A stretch of 63,802 bases of DNA from Kudoa neothunni (taxonomy: Eukaryota; Animalia; Cnidaria), in assembly GCA_964304625.1 (NCBI GenBank), contig OZ199840.1, positions 10,051,218-10,115,019 on the forward strand, written 5' to 3'. Shown piece by piece: positions 1 through 14,200 of the stretch. The position numbers and the translations under genes are program-made. Positions within the stretch are counted from its first letter, which is position 1. Each line of letters opens with the position of its first letter. The notes under the pieces were generated by a model. That model did no database searches and had not been told where the DNA came from. It saw only the letters and a program-made list of their open reading frames with translations.

Positions 1-858
1 AATTGCTGTGCCAATGGTGGCAGATGATAGTCTAATGCCATCAGCCAAATCTTCAGTTCCAGTTACTTCAGATACACAGCTTGCTGGTGCCGCTAACAGC
101 GCAAACACATGTTCATCAAATCCCCTTTGCAGTTCCATAACATTTCCCGAGTATGATGCAGCAAATACATACAAAATTTTAGTCACAGCCATCGGAAAGT
201 CTTCACAAAAAGAGCTTATCATAGAATCAAGTATTACAATTAATGCTTCAATTAATGTGTCTATCAAGAATTGTTTAAACCAAACTTATATTAGGTGCAC
301 CACAATTAAACCCAACTGACTCCTCAAAATTGATATCAGTCGTCATTACACGTGATGGGAACAGTTTCATTGTAACCACCACATATCCAGCCAGTATGAA
401 CGATAACTCTAAATGCAAATGGGAGTTACGTAACAGTAGTGTCAAATCTAATGCAGTAGTAAAATCTTGCATGGGAAGAAACATCGACAGATGTACTGCT
501 TTTGAGACCTGTAAAGAATTCAAAATAAATAATTTACCTGATGGAAATAACTATTATTTGACTGTTTACAGTGCTCAAGATGATACAATTTTTGGCGGTG
601 CTGATATACAACAAGGTATATTATTTGTTCACAATGTAATTTATGTTATATATCATAGGAGCAAAGAGTAGTTCAAGGTGAGCTTAGTAAAAATTTTTAT
701 TTTATTAATATTTTTTAGGAATAAAACCAAACTTATGTAAATATTCTTGAATGCTGATATTTGAATTAACTGTTTTTAGAATCATTATTGCGTGCGTTGC
801 TGTGGTCGTGGTCGCAGCGATAGTTGGAATCGTGTTATTGAAGAAGAAAAGAGATTAA
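1..858 (+). CDS. 3' part of 4-Cys FN3-like type-I membrane protein (copy A; paralog of 41526-44523), 5' end outside window
   Basis: Exons <1-230, 295-615, 659-677, 719-736, 780-858 joined by GT-AG introns keep one frame. The protein ends IIIIACVAVVVVAAIVGIVLL-KKKRD* (TM helix plus basic tail). Closely colinear with 43667-44523, introns included. Confidence 0.85.
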
Positions 859-952
859 ATTAATTTTCGTTAACTATGGTTTATAGGCATTATTTATTAA
901 TAAAATTATCAAATGTTGTTTTATGAATTAATAAAAAATCTATCGACTAGAT

Positions 953-3900
953 CAAGGCTTCCCTATTGGGGATGCGAGAAACGGTTCTAGGGGTTCGGAT
1001 AACAAATTTCGTATCTAGATCATTTTAACGGTTATAATTACAAGATTGTAAAGTAATGAAATATTTGGTATCAGAGATGTTAAAGAAAATGCCACCTAAA
1101 AAATTTTGTGAATGAAACATAACACCCAATGATTTCGCTGATGATTTTTTAAAAATAAAAATCTTATCAAATAATATTAAAAATACTGTGGTGGAATTAA
1201 CATTTTTTTAAACTTTTGGTGGTTGAGGTAATCGTGTAAAGATGTATATTTTTAACAAGAAATAATTTATTTTAAATTTCGGTTGAATACAGAAATTAAC
1301 AAAAATTCAACTCGTGATACTAACTTATGCACTAAAGTAATTCCAAAATATAATATTTACATATACGTTATTCCAATAAGTACAATATTTTGCATTTTTT
1401 TATTTGGAGAATATTACCCACAAAATCAAATCTAATAAAGTCGAAAAATGTAGTTTTATTTTTTTCTTAACAAGCATAAAATTAATCTGCATAAAAAACA
1501 GTTAATAATATGATTTTAAAAAAATAATTGTACAAATTTGTTAGGAAGAATACATAAATTCTTTTATGTTTGCACAAAACACCCTGAAAATATTAATAAA
1601 CTAAAAAAATGTTTATACTTACAAAAAAGCTTTTACGCGTTATTTAATTAAATATGACTACTAAAAAAAGCATTTTTCTTCATAATACACGAAAGTTTCA
1701 AAATATGGGTTCTGATAGTGCATTAAGCATTGAACTAACCAAAAAAATTAAACTAAAACATTCAAAATAATTAAATAGGATTGTAAAAAAATAAACAAAG
1801 TTTCGAAGTAAGAACGAACATAATGGAGATAACACGTGCTTTAAGTCTCTTTTTGTTACAAACTATAAATTTAGATGAGACCTTTGTGGTGGCACTATAG
1901 AGTCCATAATTTCTTGCTTTAAAAAACAAATACGAAAAAAAAATTTGATTAGTGAAGCTGTTCTTTAGATGCCACACTCTTCATCATTACACTGTCAATT
2001 AGAGAATAAAATTCCCCAATCTTGCAAGATTTGCATGCTTTTGTGTAACATTTAATGACAGAAAATTAGTTAAATTTCAATTAATATTTAATGATATGAA
2101 AAATTTATTACTTAAGACTCGTTAGCTGAATATTGTCAACCACGAATAAACAAACAATAAACAAATCCCATAATAAAACCACAAGTAACTAATGAGGTTA
2201 TCAATGTTAATTAAATAGTAATAGATTGTGAATTAACTTTGGATAATTTGTATACTTCCTTAAATCGTAAGGGAGGTAACTGATTCAAGAAGAATAAAAT
2301 ATTTAGTTTAAACATATTTTCAAATGAAGGATAAATACTAATTTTATACCTTCCTATTTTTAATCCTAAATTTTTTTCCAATATGGCAAGCCATCAAAAA
2401 ACTCGTCGATGGCGTTGGAAAACCACAATACGTTCTTTGTAATGTCGTTTATTCAAATTCCGACTTGAAGCCATCAAAGTTGCTTCAACATTTTGAGAGC
2501 AAACATGGTGGTAAAACATATAGGGAACGATATCCAGTCATTAGAAGTGAAGAGAGCGCGCTATGAATTAAAGGAACATTTCCTAAATTAGGGTTCATTT
2601 CCCTAGATAAATCCTTGCTTCTCGCTTCATTCAAAATAGCTTATGAAGTGGCAAGAGCAAAAAAACCCCACAATATTGCAGATACATTGGTAAAACCATG
2701 CATTTTAGAGGTAGCAAAGATTGTTTTGGGTGAAGAAGCAGCACAAAAACTCAGAGGGATACCACTATCCAACAATGTTATCCGCAATAAAACTGATGAG
2801 GTAAGCGCTGATATTCTTGATTAAATAGTTTTGGATATCAAAGCATCTCCAATGCAAATTTCGCTCCGGCTGGATGAGTCAACGGATGTCGATAATTGTA
2901 GTCAGCTCAACACTTTCGTAAGATATGTGAAATCGACTTCAATTGAGGAAGACTTTTTATTTTTCAAGGCGTTGAACACAACAATAACTGCAGTGGATAT
3001 TTTTTAAATAGTTAGAGGCTTTTTTGACGCCAACGGAATTCCAATCATAGCTATTGGATCTATTTTGTACCAATGAGGCATTTGTCATGTTAGAAAATAA
3101 ATCGAGCTTTGTTACTCACATAAAATGCCATGTTCTAGGCGTGATAATCACCCATTGTATTTTGCATTGCCAAGCTCTGATGTAAAAAAGTTTTCCGATT
3201 GGTCTAAAATCAGCAATGGATTATTGTATAAAAATAAAAAATTTAATGCGCGGAAGAGCTTTAAATCACAGACGTTTTAAAGCATTTCGCAATGAATATA
3301 AAAATGTAGCTTCTGTTCTTATCTACCACACATAAGTAAGATGGTTGTCTCGAGGAAGTGTTTTAAGTCAGTTTTTTGACTTAAAGTATGAAATCGAAAA
3401 ATTTTTATTGGATCAAAAGTCGGAGCTTGCTAATGTTTTTAAATTCCAAAATTTCTCAATAATGTAGGCATATCTCACTGATATCATTCAACACTTGAAC
3501 TAATTAAATTATTCGCATCAAGTAAAAGATATAAATATTATAAATGCTCTTGACAAGTTACGAGCATTTCGCGAAAAGCTAACCTTATGGTTTGTCAGAA
3601 TAAAAAATAAAAATTTTTGTAGTTTTCCATTATTAGAGGAAAATATCAACAATGAAACGGCTGTTTGAGTTAAGTATACTAGAGCACTTCTGGTGTCACG
3701 CCCTTAATAGTTATTCCAGTTTAGCGAAAAAAGCGCTAAAGATTTTAGTTCCATTTGCAGCTACGTGGTTATGTGAATCGGGGTTTTCAACCCTTTAAGA
3801 CATAAAAAACATGTGTAGTAGCACGATAAAACCAGAAAATGACTTACGAATAGCACTATCCAACAAAAGTACTCGTTCCTATGTTTTAATTGCCAATAAA

Positions 3901-4151
3901 AAATCCCCACAAAGTCCAAAATGTAACTAACATTTTTAATTGTTTATTTTACAATTGTATTTTTTCCTATTAAATGGTTAAAAATGTATATTCTTGCTAT
4001 TGTCTACAAATTTATCGCGGTTATAGGAAATTTGTATGTGCGCATTTATTTTATATATTTCGAATTTTAATCAGTCTTAAAAATACGGATATGGAAATTG
4101 CCGATACAGTTTCAGGGGTTCCCAAACCCAATACGAATAGGGAACCCCTTG
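953..4151 (+). mobile_element. Decayed hAT (Buster/Charlie-like) DNA transposon
   Basis: TIRs caaggcttccctatt (953) and aatagggaaccccttg (ends 4151). Broken transposase at ~2383-3930 with motifs KPSKLLQHF, AYEVARAKKPHNIADTLVKPC, LDESTD, HCILH, RWLSRG, PFAATWLCESGFS; several stops and frameshifts. Confidence 0.85.
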
Positions 4152-4324
4152 TGTAATTCATATGGTATGATTTCCAGATTACTGTGAACAACATGGAGAA
4201 AATCGATTTTTTAGGAGCTCTAAAGAGGAAATTTTAAACGCTCAGTAGTATTTATTCATTTTTAAAAATATTACATAAGATTCATGCGTCTAATTATTTA
4301 AGGTAAGTTAATTAAAATACAATT

Positions 4325-4737
4325 TAGGACTAACTATAGTAACTGTATACGATTTTAAATCAGCACCTTCGTACTATCAGAACAAAGTCGTTTCCTACAA
4401 TTTGTCCTATTAATTGATTTCTCTTTCAAAACTTTTCCATATTCTTATAAATCATAAGAAATTTAAAATTATAGAAAAATAAGAATTTTTTTTGAAGTAT
4501 TTATCAACGCTATATTGATTTCACGTGAATCCGAATATACTCAACGTAAGATTTATTCCTAGTTTAATATATAATTCTTTTTGGACTTAAATTTATTAAG
4601 TCGCTTTTTTAATGTTAATAAAAGTGAGAATTTTTCAAAAACGAAGTGAATTAACAGGACGAATTGTAGGAAACAACATTTCCGGTTGATTATTCGGTTC
4701 CGCCCGAAACTGGCATACATATTGTAGCTTAGTACAA
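4325..4737. repeat. Imperfect fold-back inverted repeat (MITE-like)
   Basis: gtttcctacaatttgtcctattaatt (~4390) is the near reverse complement of aattaacaggacgaattgtaggaaac (~4650); weaker symmetry extends outward. Confidence 0.5.
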
Positions 4738-4977
4738 TTTCGTGTAAAACCTTAAAAGAGACTTTGTCGGTTGATGTTTGCAAGGTTAATCTTAATGAGA
4801 CATTTAATAGACCACATGTCGATATTTGTTTAAATTATCTATATCTTTACGCTTTTTATACTTTAGTAAAAATTAAATTTTTATCACAAAAACGTATCTA
4901 GCTATTTTCATGACATTTGAATTGAAACCGATAGATATTTACTTAACCTATTTTTCTTTTTTATCCAATATCTATTA

Positions 4978-6932
4978 CAGTCAGTGACCGGTTTTACGTA
5001 CTTTTATGCGCGCGCGTCAGAATGAAAATATTCAATTGTTTATTAAATAACGTAATTAGAATGCGCCAATTTGGGATAGTATAGTGTTTAATCATTTTTT
5101 AAATGGAAGTAATCAGTTATTTTTGATTGAGTAAGGTTCCTTGAAATTATGTTGATTGTATCTTCTTCTAACGAAGCTAAGATGGCCGATCGATCATCTT
5201 TATGAAATTTGTTGAATATTTTTAACTCCTTCAAATAAATCAAAGCCTTCTGACATGATATTGGATTTATTTCCAAAATATCAATTTTTTTCACAATTCG
5301 CTTCATCATCACTCTCTACATAAAGTTAATATATATATAAACTCGAAAATTTATCACCTAAAGCTGAAGACTCATCGAATTTTTCAGAATATAGGGTTTG
5401 GACCATATTGATATTCTCTATTGAAGCTTCGTCGGCAATCATATCCTCAATTTCTTCTTGTAATATATTTGGATGAGTTATGTCACATATTTCAATAAAC
5501 TCTTTGTCGGGTGATATCAAAATGCTGTTAGCTTTGACAGGGACCGGTTGTCGAGATGAAAACCCAGCTTTTTGAAAGCAATTTATGATGGTGGATACGC
5601 TTGCACATTCCCACGCTTGTTTAATCAACATCATCGCATCTAAAATGGTTGGTGGAGTTGGTTCTAATCCCACCTCAATACATGAAATATATTTTTTGAT
5701 CATTTTCCTCTTATATGCACATTTGAATGAGTGAATAATCCCTTGATCTAGGGGTTGCAATAAACTAGTGGTATTTTTGGGTAAAAAGATCAGCTTTATG
5801 TTACTGAATAGTTTTTTTTGGTGAGAGGTTGCATTATCTAAAAAAATTAGAACATTTTTATTTTTTTTCGTGAAAATAGAATTGATTTTAGTTAGATATC
5901 TTAGGAAGATTTCACTAGTCATCCAAGACTTCTTGTTGGATTCATATAAAACTGGAAGGCTATTTATATTTTTAAAGCATCTGGGCTTTCGACTAGGTCC
6001 AATAACCAAAGGTTCAAGTTTTTCTCCGCTTAGCGATGCACCCAACAAAACAGTCATTCGTTTTTTAGACTTTCTTGTTCCCTTTGTATGACTTTCTTTG
6101 GAGCTTACATAACTTTTACCTATATAAAATATGCAGGTATGACAAATGGAAAAATATACCTCGTTGTCGTTGATAAAACAACGCGGTTTCATCTATATTA
6201 TAGATACAATCATCACTATATCCTTCACATAAGTTTTTAAGTTGAGAAAGCCATTCAGAACTTGTACATGGGTCAATGTCAGCCGCTTCGCCATGGAAAT
6301 TTATTTTTTTGAGATTAAATCTCGATTTAAAACATCGAAACCAACCGTATGTTGCATTTGATGGTAAATTCTTTTCTTTGGCAATTTCGTTTCTCTTATC
6401 AATGATGTCGGTTGCAGTTAATTCAATTTTCTTTGATCGCGCCCAGCATATCCAATTATAGACACATTCATCGAGGGAAATATTGGTGCCATCATTTAGA
6501 TTTTTCCTATTTTTACAAACCAATCCCCCCTCAAACATTTATATAATTTTCTCTTCATTTTTTAAAATGCCATTAAGAGTGGATATTGTTGATATATTAA
6601 AATGTTTTATAGTAGCAACCTTCGCACCTCTTGAGGTGATTCCATGAAAATATTTAATAATTTTATATTTCTCTTCAATTGTTCTATTCTTAGATTTATT
6701 TTTATTAGCCATTTACGTCACTTTTATGAAAACTATAAACCAATTTGGTCAGAAAAGGTGCGTAAAATTGGTAAATCACGTGATATTTTGATTGCAAAAT
6801 TTAGGTGCATATAAAGTTTTTTCATTTAAATTTATAAATAAATATGTTAGTAAATATATTATTTATTTGTTCATGATATAACTTGTAAAATAAATGCGAT
6901 ATTTAAAAGTACGTAAAACCGGTCACTGACTG
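4978..6932 (-). mobile_element. pogo/Tigger DNA transposon, full length, with an intron-containing and slightly damaged transposase
   Basis: Perfect 29-bp TIR CAGTCAGTGACCGGTTTTACGTACTTTTA with TA on both sides. Transposase at 6712->5088: CENP-B-like HTH, NIDETALFY, FLDNATSH, LQPLDQGII, C-terminal QSKITDYF. In-frame TAA near 6540 and a 1-nt frameshift near 5290. Introns at 6120-6159 and 5316-5357. Confidence 0.93.
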
Positions 6933-8285
6933 TAGTTTTTACTTTTCTGCATAAAATCAAGGTCATATTCAAAATACGCCATAACAAAATGCAAGAGATT
7001 ACAGGATGTTATATTTAGATGACTACTATTATTCTTTTGTCGAGACGGTAATTTTGTCTATTTTTTCGCGTATCTAGAAACTCAAAATATATTTTTCTTA
7101 GCGCCATTAATGACTAATCATATTTTTCATTGATCAATTTTTTTTTCTTATGGAAAAATAACGTGAACAAGTTTAACGGACGCATGTGATGATTAATTAA
7201 ATAAAATAATCTGATTATTAGATTAAGATATTCTGATTAAACATTAAAATAATAAAAATACACCGCATAACATACACCAATGTATTAACATCATGAAACA
7301 ACATTTAATTCAAATTGATGAAAAGAATTTGGTGGAGACATCAGCTTCAGAATTCATAGTTGAACAAAATATTATGCATTTACACGCGGTTAATCTAATT
7401 TTTTAGTAAGCTGATGTGTGCCCTATCAAAATCACGCTACTAAATTAGATCCGCATTCATGTTGTGATATTTTGCTGAATAAAAGGAACCTTCCTCTCTA
7501 TGTTTTATTTCTTTTATATTTTAGTAAAATGTTACAAATTACAAAAAAAATTGCAATAATACGACGATAAATTTTAATTTAATATCTGAAGACGAAATTA
7601 TAATATCGGAAGAAGGTTAAACATTTTAATAGATAGATTCTATTTTTCGTTGTATTTTACACAAGCGTTTTTCTCGACCTTGGGATTTTTGGACTGTTCA
7701 TCCTTGGGTTTTCCTTAAAACCACAAGGAAAACCCTGTTTTGGATTGTATACACACTTGAAATAAACTGACATTTTATACTTTAAGCCATTATTTATTGT
7801 TAAAATCAACATAAAGGGCTGGTTTTTATAGTAAATTTTCAATAGTAAATTTTTACACGAAAGTTTAAAATTTAATAGAAAAAAATATGTTTAAGTAATA
7901 ACGAAAATCATAGATCTAAGAATCTTCAGAATTAGGAGAAATTCATTTTCGTGGCAATAGACAACCCCCACATGAGATTATACGCTAGCTTGGTAATAGC
8001 CACTGCCTTAAAATAATATATCCTGCATATTATATTAAAATCGCGTGAGTGAATAAAGAACGTAATAGTAGAGGCATCAGAAATAATCAATAATAGTCGG
8101 AAAGATGATTGTCTATTCACATAAAATTTTGTCACATACGAATAGTTATTATCTTTTCGTAAGATCGAGATTGGTAAATTTTTATTTTCATTGGACGTAT
8201 GAATAATTAGCAAATTAAATTCCTCTATTCATTTCGATACAAATTTAAACAACAAATTTTTCGTAAATTAACAACTAGTAAGCTA

Positions 8286-11200
8286 ATGATGATGATGAGA
8301 TTGTCTTTGAGACAACGATATTTTTCTACAATATATCACGTCATTTTCACTCGTAATTTTCTTTGAGATTACATGCATTAATCATTATTAGTGGTATATG
8401 CGAAAAATGTGATCCCCGATAATATTGATAATAATATAATGAAAGTGAATTTTTCACACGGAAAAAATGAATATCTTATTTCACTTTCTGGATACCATAT
8501 TGAGAATAGCTTCAAACATTGTGCCCTTCAATACTATGGACAAAATAGAGCGAAGATTGACATCTCTACGTGCACCAACGAACCAACTAGAGGAAAAGTG
8601 GATAATACTTCAAAGATGTGTACTTACAAATGTAAAAAAGTTGAATTAAACCTCAGTGGTGAAGATTTTAAAACCATCAAGTATATAAAATGGTGTCAAG
8701 GTAAGAGTGAGAATGATGTGAAAAACTGTCCTATCAGAAGGGTTTTTGTCATAAAAGGTATAGAAACATGTTTGATAATATTTTTATATCATAAAATAGA
8801 TCTTTACATAAAGAGTTCGTTGACGGCAGCAAAAGAAAATAATGCATTGATTGTTTCAGTTCAAAGTAAACAAAGCAGAAAATTAACAGTCAAAGGTTCT
8901 GGTTTAGTGCACAGCCAAGGATCATCCGAAGTCTTTTATTCAGCCAAATCTTTTACATTACCTTCTAAATCTTACCAACCTACGTATTTGGTTGAAATCG
9001 ACAATCGCTCTCCAGAAATTTTATTGAATCCAAAAAATCTCGATGTGTATTGGTTTATTGCAACTGGATCAACAGCAAATAATAAGAATAATTATTATAC
9101 AATTACGCTTCAAAATCCGAAACCTTCGCAAATTTGTTACTTTGGAATAAAAGACATTAATGACTCTCATTTTTCCTCTAATTGCTCAGATATGAATAGA
9201 GCTGGACCCTGTCTTCAGCCTTGCTACAAAGCTACCTTATATCATGAGAAAACTTTGAAATTCGCTCAAGTACTTGTAAAACCTCTTGACAAGATATTAC
9301 CCAAAGAGTTTATTCAAACTATTACATGTAAATTCTAATTATATAATGTTTCTTATCGATTTTATAGTTGTTACCGATCAACCGATTATTACTGATATTG
9401 GAAAGAATAGGGCGACTGTAAATTTAAATGGTTTAAATAATAATGAAGGTGGGAATGGCGTTTCGGGAGATGCAGCTATCGTGGAAATTAAAATAATAGA
9501 GAAAAATCTAGGAATTAAAAATATATGGAAAGATCCTACGTGTAGCGCGGAGTGCAAAACTTTCACATCTGTCAGTTTGAACTCGCTTCTGCCACTAACA
9601 GAATACATTTTAAAAGTAAAAATAAAAGGACTTACAACAATAGATTCTCCTGAAGTTAATTATTATCACCGTTATTTCTATTTTAAAACTAAAGGTAACG
9701 ATAAATATTTACTCTATGCCTAAAGTTTAGAATAGGGGACGACTTAACAAAAACTGGTAGTGTAACGCCAACCATTACTTCTGATCAACATAATAAACTA
9801 TTTCTAAATCTAGCCAATTTATTTTCTGATGAAAAAAGGAATGTTGCAATATGTGATCTCTATTATTCAGTTGCCGAAAGTGATAAACCGATATATCCTG
9901 CTACTTGTGAAGGTGGCGATAAAAAATTTTGTTCTGATACTTGTAATAGAGAGTTCAATATAATAAATCTTGATCCTAAAACAACATACAAAATAACAGT
10001 TTGTCCGAAGGGATATAACTGTGTTGAAAGCGCTGAGGCGTCAAGTAACTTATTAATAAAATGTAATAATAATAATATATTTCAATAGCTACTGGAATCG
10101 AGTTAAAAATAGAAATCTCAAAAAAAAATGATGAAAAGAAAACTATAGCTACATTGACAGCCTCTCCAACTGAAAGTTTGGGATCTTGGACATACATCCT
10201 ACTGGAACAAGGATCTAACAAAATTATCAAGGATTGTTTGAATAGCGAATGCAATCCTGCTGAAACGAGTGGATCTAACACAATAGATTTCTTATGGGAT
10301 TTTCTCAGCGCTGATGTCACATATAAACTAGTTGTTATAAACAAAAATTTCTCTAAACCAAAAGATACAAACCTATATAGTAATTTCTCTTAAACAGAAA
10401 TATTAATTTTATATTTATAGGTGGTATTGATGAAGGTGATAAGAAAATGATTCTATATTACAAGAAATCAGAACAAACGTACAAGATAAAATTCAAAGAC
10501 GATCTAACGAGTAAGGGTGGCAAACAATGCACAGTCAAAAAATCTAATGATGATCTTTTGGGTTATTCTGATGTTAAATTCAGTGGGGTAACGCCAAAAC
10601 AATGCACCGACTTTTCAACAGAATTCGACATTGATCCTAATAGTAAAAATAAACCAAATTATATTTCCATCACTTATCCAGACAAAAAAACTATCCCTGC
10701 GGAAAAGCTCGATAAATCGGGCATTAGGGCAGAAATTATGGCGAAATCTCAAGTACCGAGCGGGGATCAACTATTAGGAAAAAATGGCGACCAAGGGCAA
10801 AAAAAGGGTTTAGTTGGATCACCTTCATCACCTGTATCATTAAAATCTCCAGAACCAATACCAAACAAATCTACAGAGGTCACTTTTAACGTAGGAAAGG
10901 TCTATTCATACTACATAGGTATTATATAATTTCGTTATAATGTTAACCATATTTTCGAAGATCATTTCAAAGAACTTACTCACATAGCTGAATTAAAAGA
11001 CGATAATATAAAATTGGGTTTAAATAAATGTTCATTACAATGTAATGCATATAAGGATACCCAACAACTAACTCTTACGAAGGAAACACATCCTGGCACC
11101 ACTGAATGTGAATTTGAAAGTTATTCGATTCAATTCGATGAGTTAGTAAAAGACTATTATATAAGCTGTCCAAATTATTTTGACTTTCATTATTTCTACG

Positions 11201-14200
11201 ATAATACATTTGTTAAAAACCAAGCCCCAATTTTTAGTAGATTTTATTACGAACTAAAAAATTATGACCAAAAGAAGACATTCACAGTTCAATTGGTCAA
11301 TCCAGAGCCATCCGAAATGTGCACATTCGAATGGATAGACGCCACAGCAGCAAATTCTAACAGCTTTTTTTCTAATGAATGTGATAATATGGAAAACTGT
11401 TTTTTCAGTATGTGCAACAGCTACAAATTTGGAAATTTGCATACGAGTGTAAAGGCGGTCAAAATAAGGGTTCTAAAACTAGGAATGAAACCTACTATCG
11501 GTTATCAAAATAACATATACATATGTACGGTTTAGATTTATTTAATACGCAACATAAAATTTTTTAGTGAAACATGGAGACGATGCTTCTGCGACAACGG
11601 CTGAAACAAACATTAAAATCGATATTAATGGAAAAAATAAAAACGAGAATGGTGAGGAAATTACCCCTCAACCTGCTTCATGCTCTTTAAATTTTTGGAA
11701 CACATACGCTCCGTTAGTTACTGAAACTGGAAGGAAACGTGTGTCTGATCCATCGTCTACTTGCAGCTTTGGGGAGGTTCTAATTACTCCTAACCCAACT
11801 CATTTACATAATGATGTTATGGTAACCATAACGGGCATATCTGATTATTCACCAAAAAAATATTTTTTCCATAAAATAAGTATTTTATAAAATTAAACGT
11901 TATTTTAAATATATTTTCAGCTCAAACCGAAAAACTTTCTATTCCAGATTCTTCATTAGCACCTAAAACTACTGGATTCACAATTACCGGGGATACTGCA
12001 GCATCAACAAAAATTTGTACTATCTACATAAAAGAGAAAAGTGATTTATATTATCCTGCAAATTGTTTTGAAGGGGAGTTGTGTATAAAACCGTGCAACA
12101 CATCGTTCGTCATTACTGGACTTAACTCCGATACTACTTACGATCTCAAAATTGTTCCTAGTGGAAATTATGAAATAAAAACTTTTGGAAACCAAAAAAC
12201 AAGTAACAGCCATTGTTTATATATTTGTTAAATGAATAAATAAGAAATAGATGGTGAAAAAATTGAATTTATAGTTTCAACTAGTTCCAAGAAGAACAAA
12301 CTCATAATACAAATGAAACCATCTAGGATTGACAACAGCGCTACAAACTGTTATTATCAGTTATATAAGCATGAAACAGACGAAAGTAATCGGGTTATAT
12401 TACATTGATTATCTTCAAATAGTGTCACCTACGAGAATAATAAAATCTCGCATTGATTGTAATAATGGCGATGTTAAAAATTGCAATGATATCCATTTTG
12501 ATAATGATATTTACGATAACAAATATAACTACAGGCTGATGATTTACGCGTATGAAAAATCATCAATGTTCAAGCTATCGATACCAGGTAACTTTTACAA
12601 AGAAATTTGAATTGACAAACAATTATAGCTTTTACTCGACGTGGAAAACTTGAGCAGAAGTTGGTAAAATCTTCGGGTGATGATGCTGAAAAATTCTTAA
12701 TTACACTGAGAGATTTTCCTGATACTAACAAGTGTGTAATAAAGATAGTTAATTTTTTAGAGAATGAATATATAAAGCCACAACTTTGCGTAGGTGGAGA
12801 TAACGGTGATTGTTTGGTGGACTGCACCGAAAGTGATATTAACATCGGATATATTAATTCAAAAGTTGATCGATATATATCAGTTTGTTATGACGCAGAC
12901 AAAGAAGAAGCCAAAAATTGTAAAAAGGTTCAAGTATTCCCAATAATAATGAGTAAATAAAAATAATATTTTATTTATAGTGTAAATAATATTTATAGAC
13001 TTTAAACAAAATAATACTTATAAAATATCTTATACTGACGGCAAAGTTAGTGTCTCTTACAAATCAAACTCAATAACTGATTGGAATATACAATATGACG
13101 GAAATGATGATACACATAGTGACACAGTAAAGACCAGCATGGATCTGAAAGCATATTCTGAGACTCTACAAGATAAATCTGCCGCTCTCTCAATTGATAG
13201 ATATATAAGTTATTATAATATCAGTTCAACACTGTTATGGCCTGGAATATTCTATTACATGAATAATACTTATTTGAAATCAGAAATCCCTCTTAAATCT
13301 CAGATCATTTATTCAATTTCAGGCGATGCTAGTAACAATAGAAAACTCAAAATAAAATTCTCTCCTGGACCATATAATGACGAGATTTGTCACATCAAAG
13401 TATTTAAGGTAAGTGGAAGTAACCCAACTCAACAAAGTATTGTTCTGAATGGATGCACCGAGGCGAAAAAAGAGTGTTTCCATCTTTGTCAAGATGGTAT
13501 TATCAGCTTGACAGAAGACATTGAGAACATCGGAATAATTGTTAAACGAAGGTTTGATACCGATGGATTCGAACAATACTTTAAAAGTAGTATTGTATTT
13601 AACTTCAAAAATAATTTCTCATAGGAAATGACACTGGCATAAATGTAAGCGATATTAAGGATACAGAAGTCACTCTTACCGGACTTAACGTCTATAAGGG
13701 TATGAAGACCGGTGGCATTAATGCTGAATGTGTAATTAAAATACGCCGAGAAAATACCTTTTCAACTGAAACAAAAGCTCAGTGTAAGGACGTTGATGAA
13801 TGTAGTACTAGCTGTGAAGAGTCACACATTATTAATCGTCTTTTGGCTGGTACAAATTATGTGGTATCTGTAACGGTAAACAATATTGGAATTAATAACT
13901 ATGTAAAGAAAGCATCATTCCGGACATGTAAAAATTCAAATTAATTCAAATTCAAAAAATATATTTAGCTGGGGGATATGATTTAACTACGAACGATACA
14001 CCACTAAGCAAAAAGAGTTCCACTGCTACAATAACACCATTTGGATCTGAAAATCTTTTGCCGGTCTGCAGAATTTATGTTAAAAAAAGTGGAGCCTCAG
14101 ATCCAAAATATATGGCCACGTGTGATGGAATGGGAACATGCCAGAATAGATGTGATACTAAGTTCAAAATTGTCAACCTAGAATTAGGAGTGACCTACAA

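Noticed and set aside
945-4159. 8-bp target-site duplication for the hAT element
   Set aside because: The flanks gactagat and tgtaattc do not match; the boundaries rest on TIRs only.
5088-6712. Possibly active pogo transposase
   Set aside because: In-frame TAA near 6540 and a frameshift in an A-run near 5290, even after splicing; sequencing error is not excluded.
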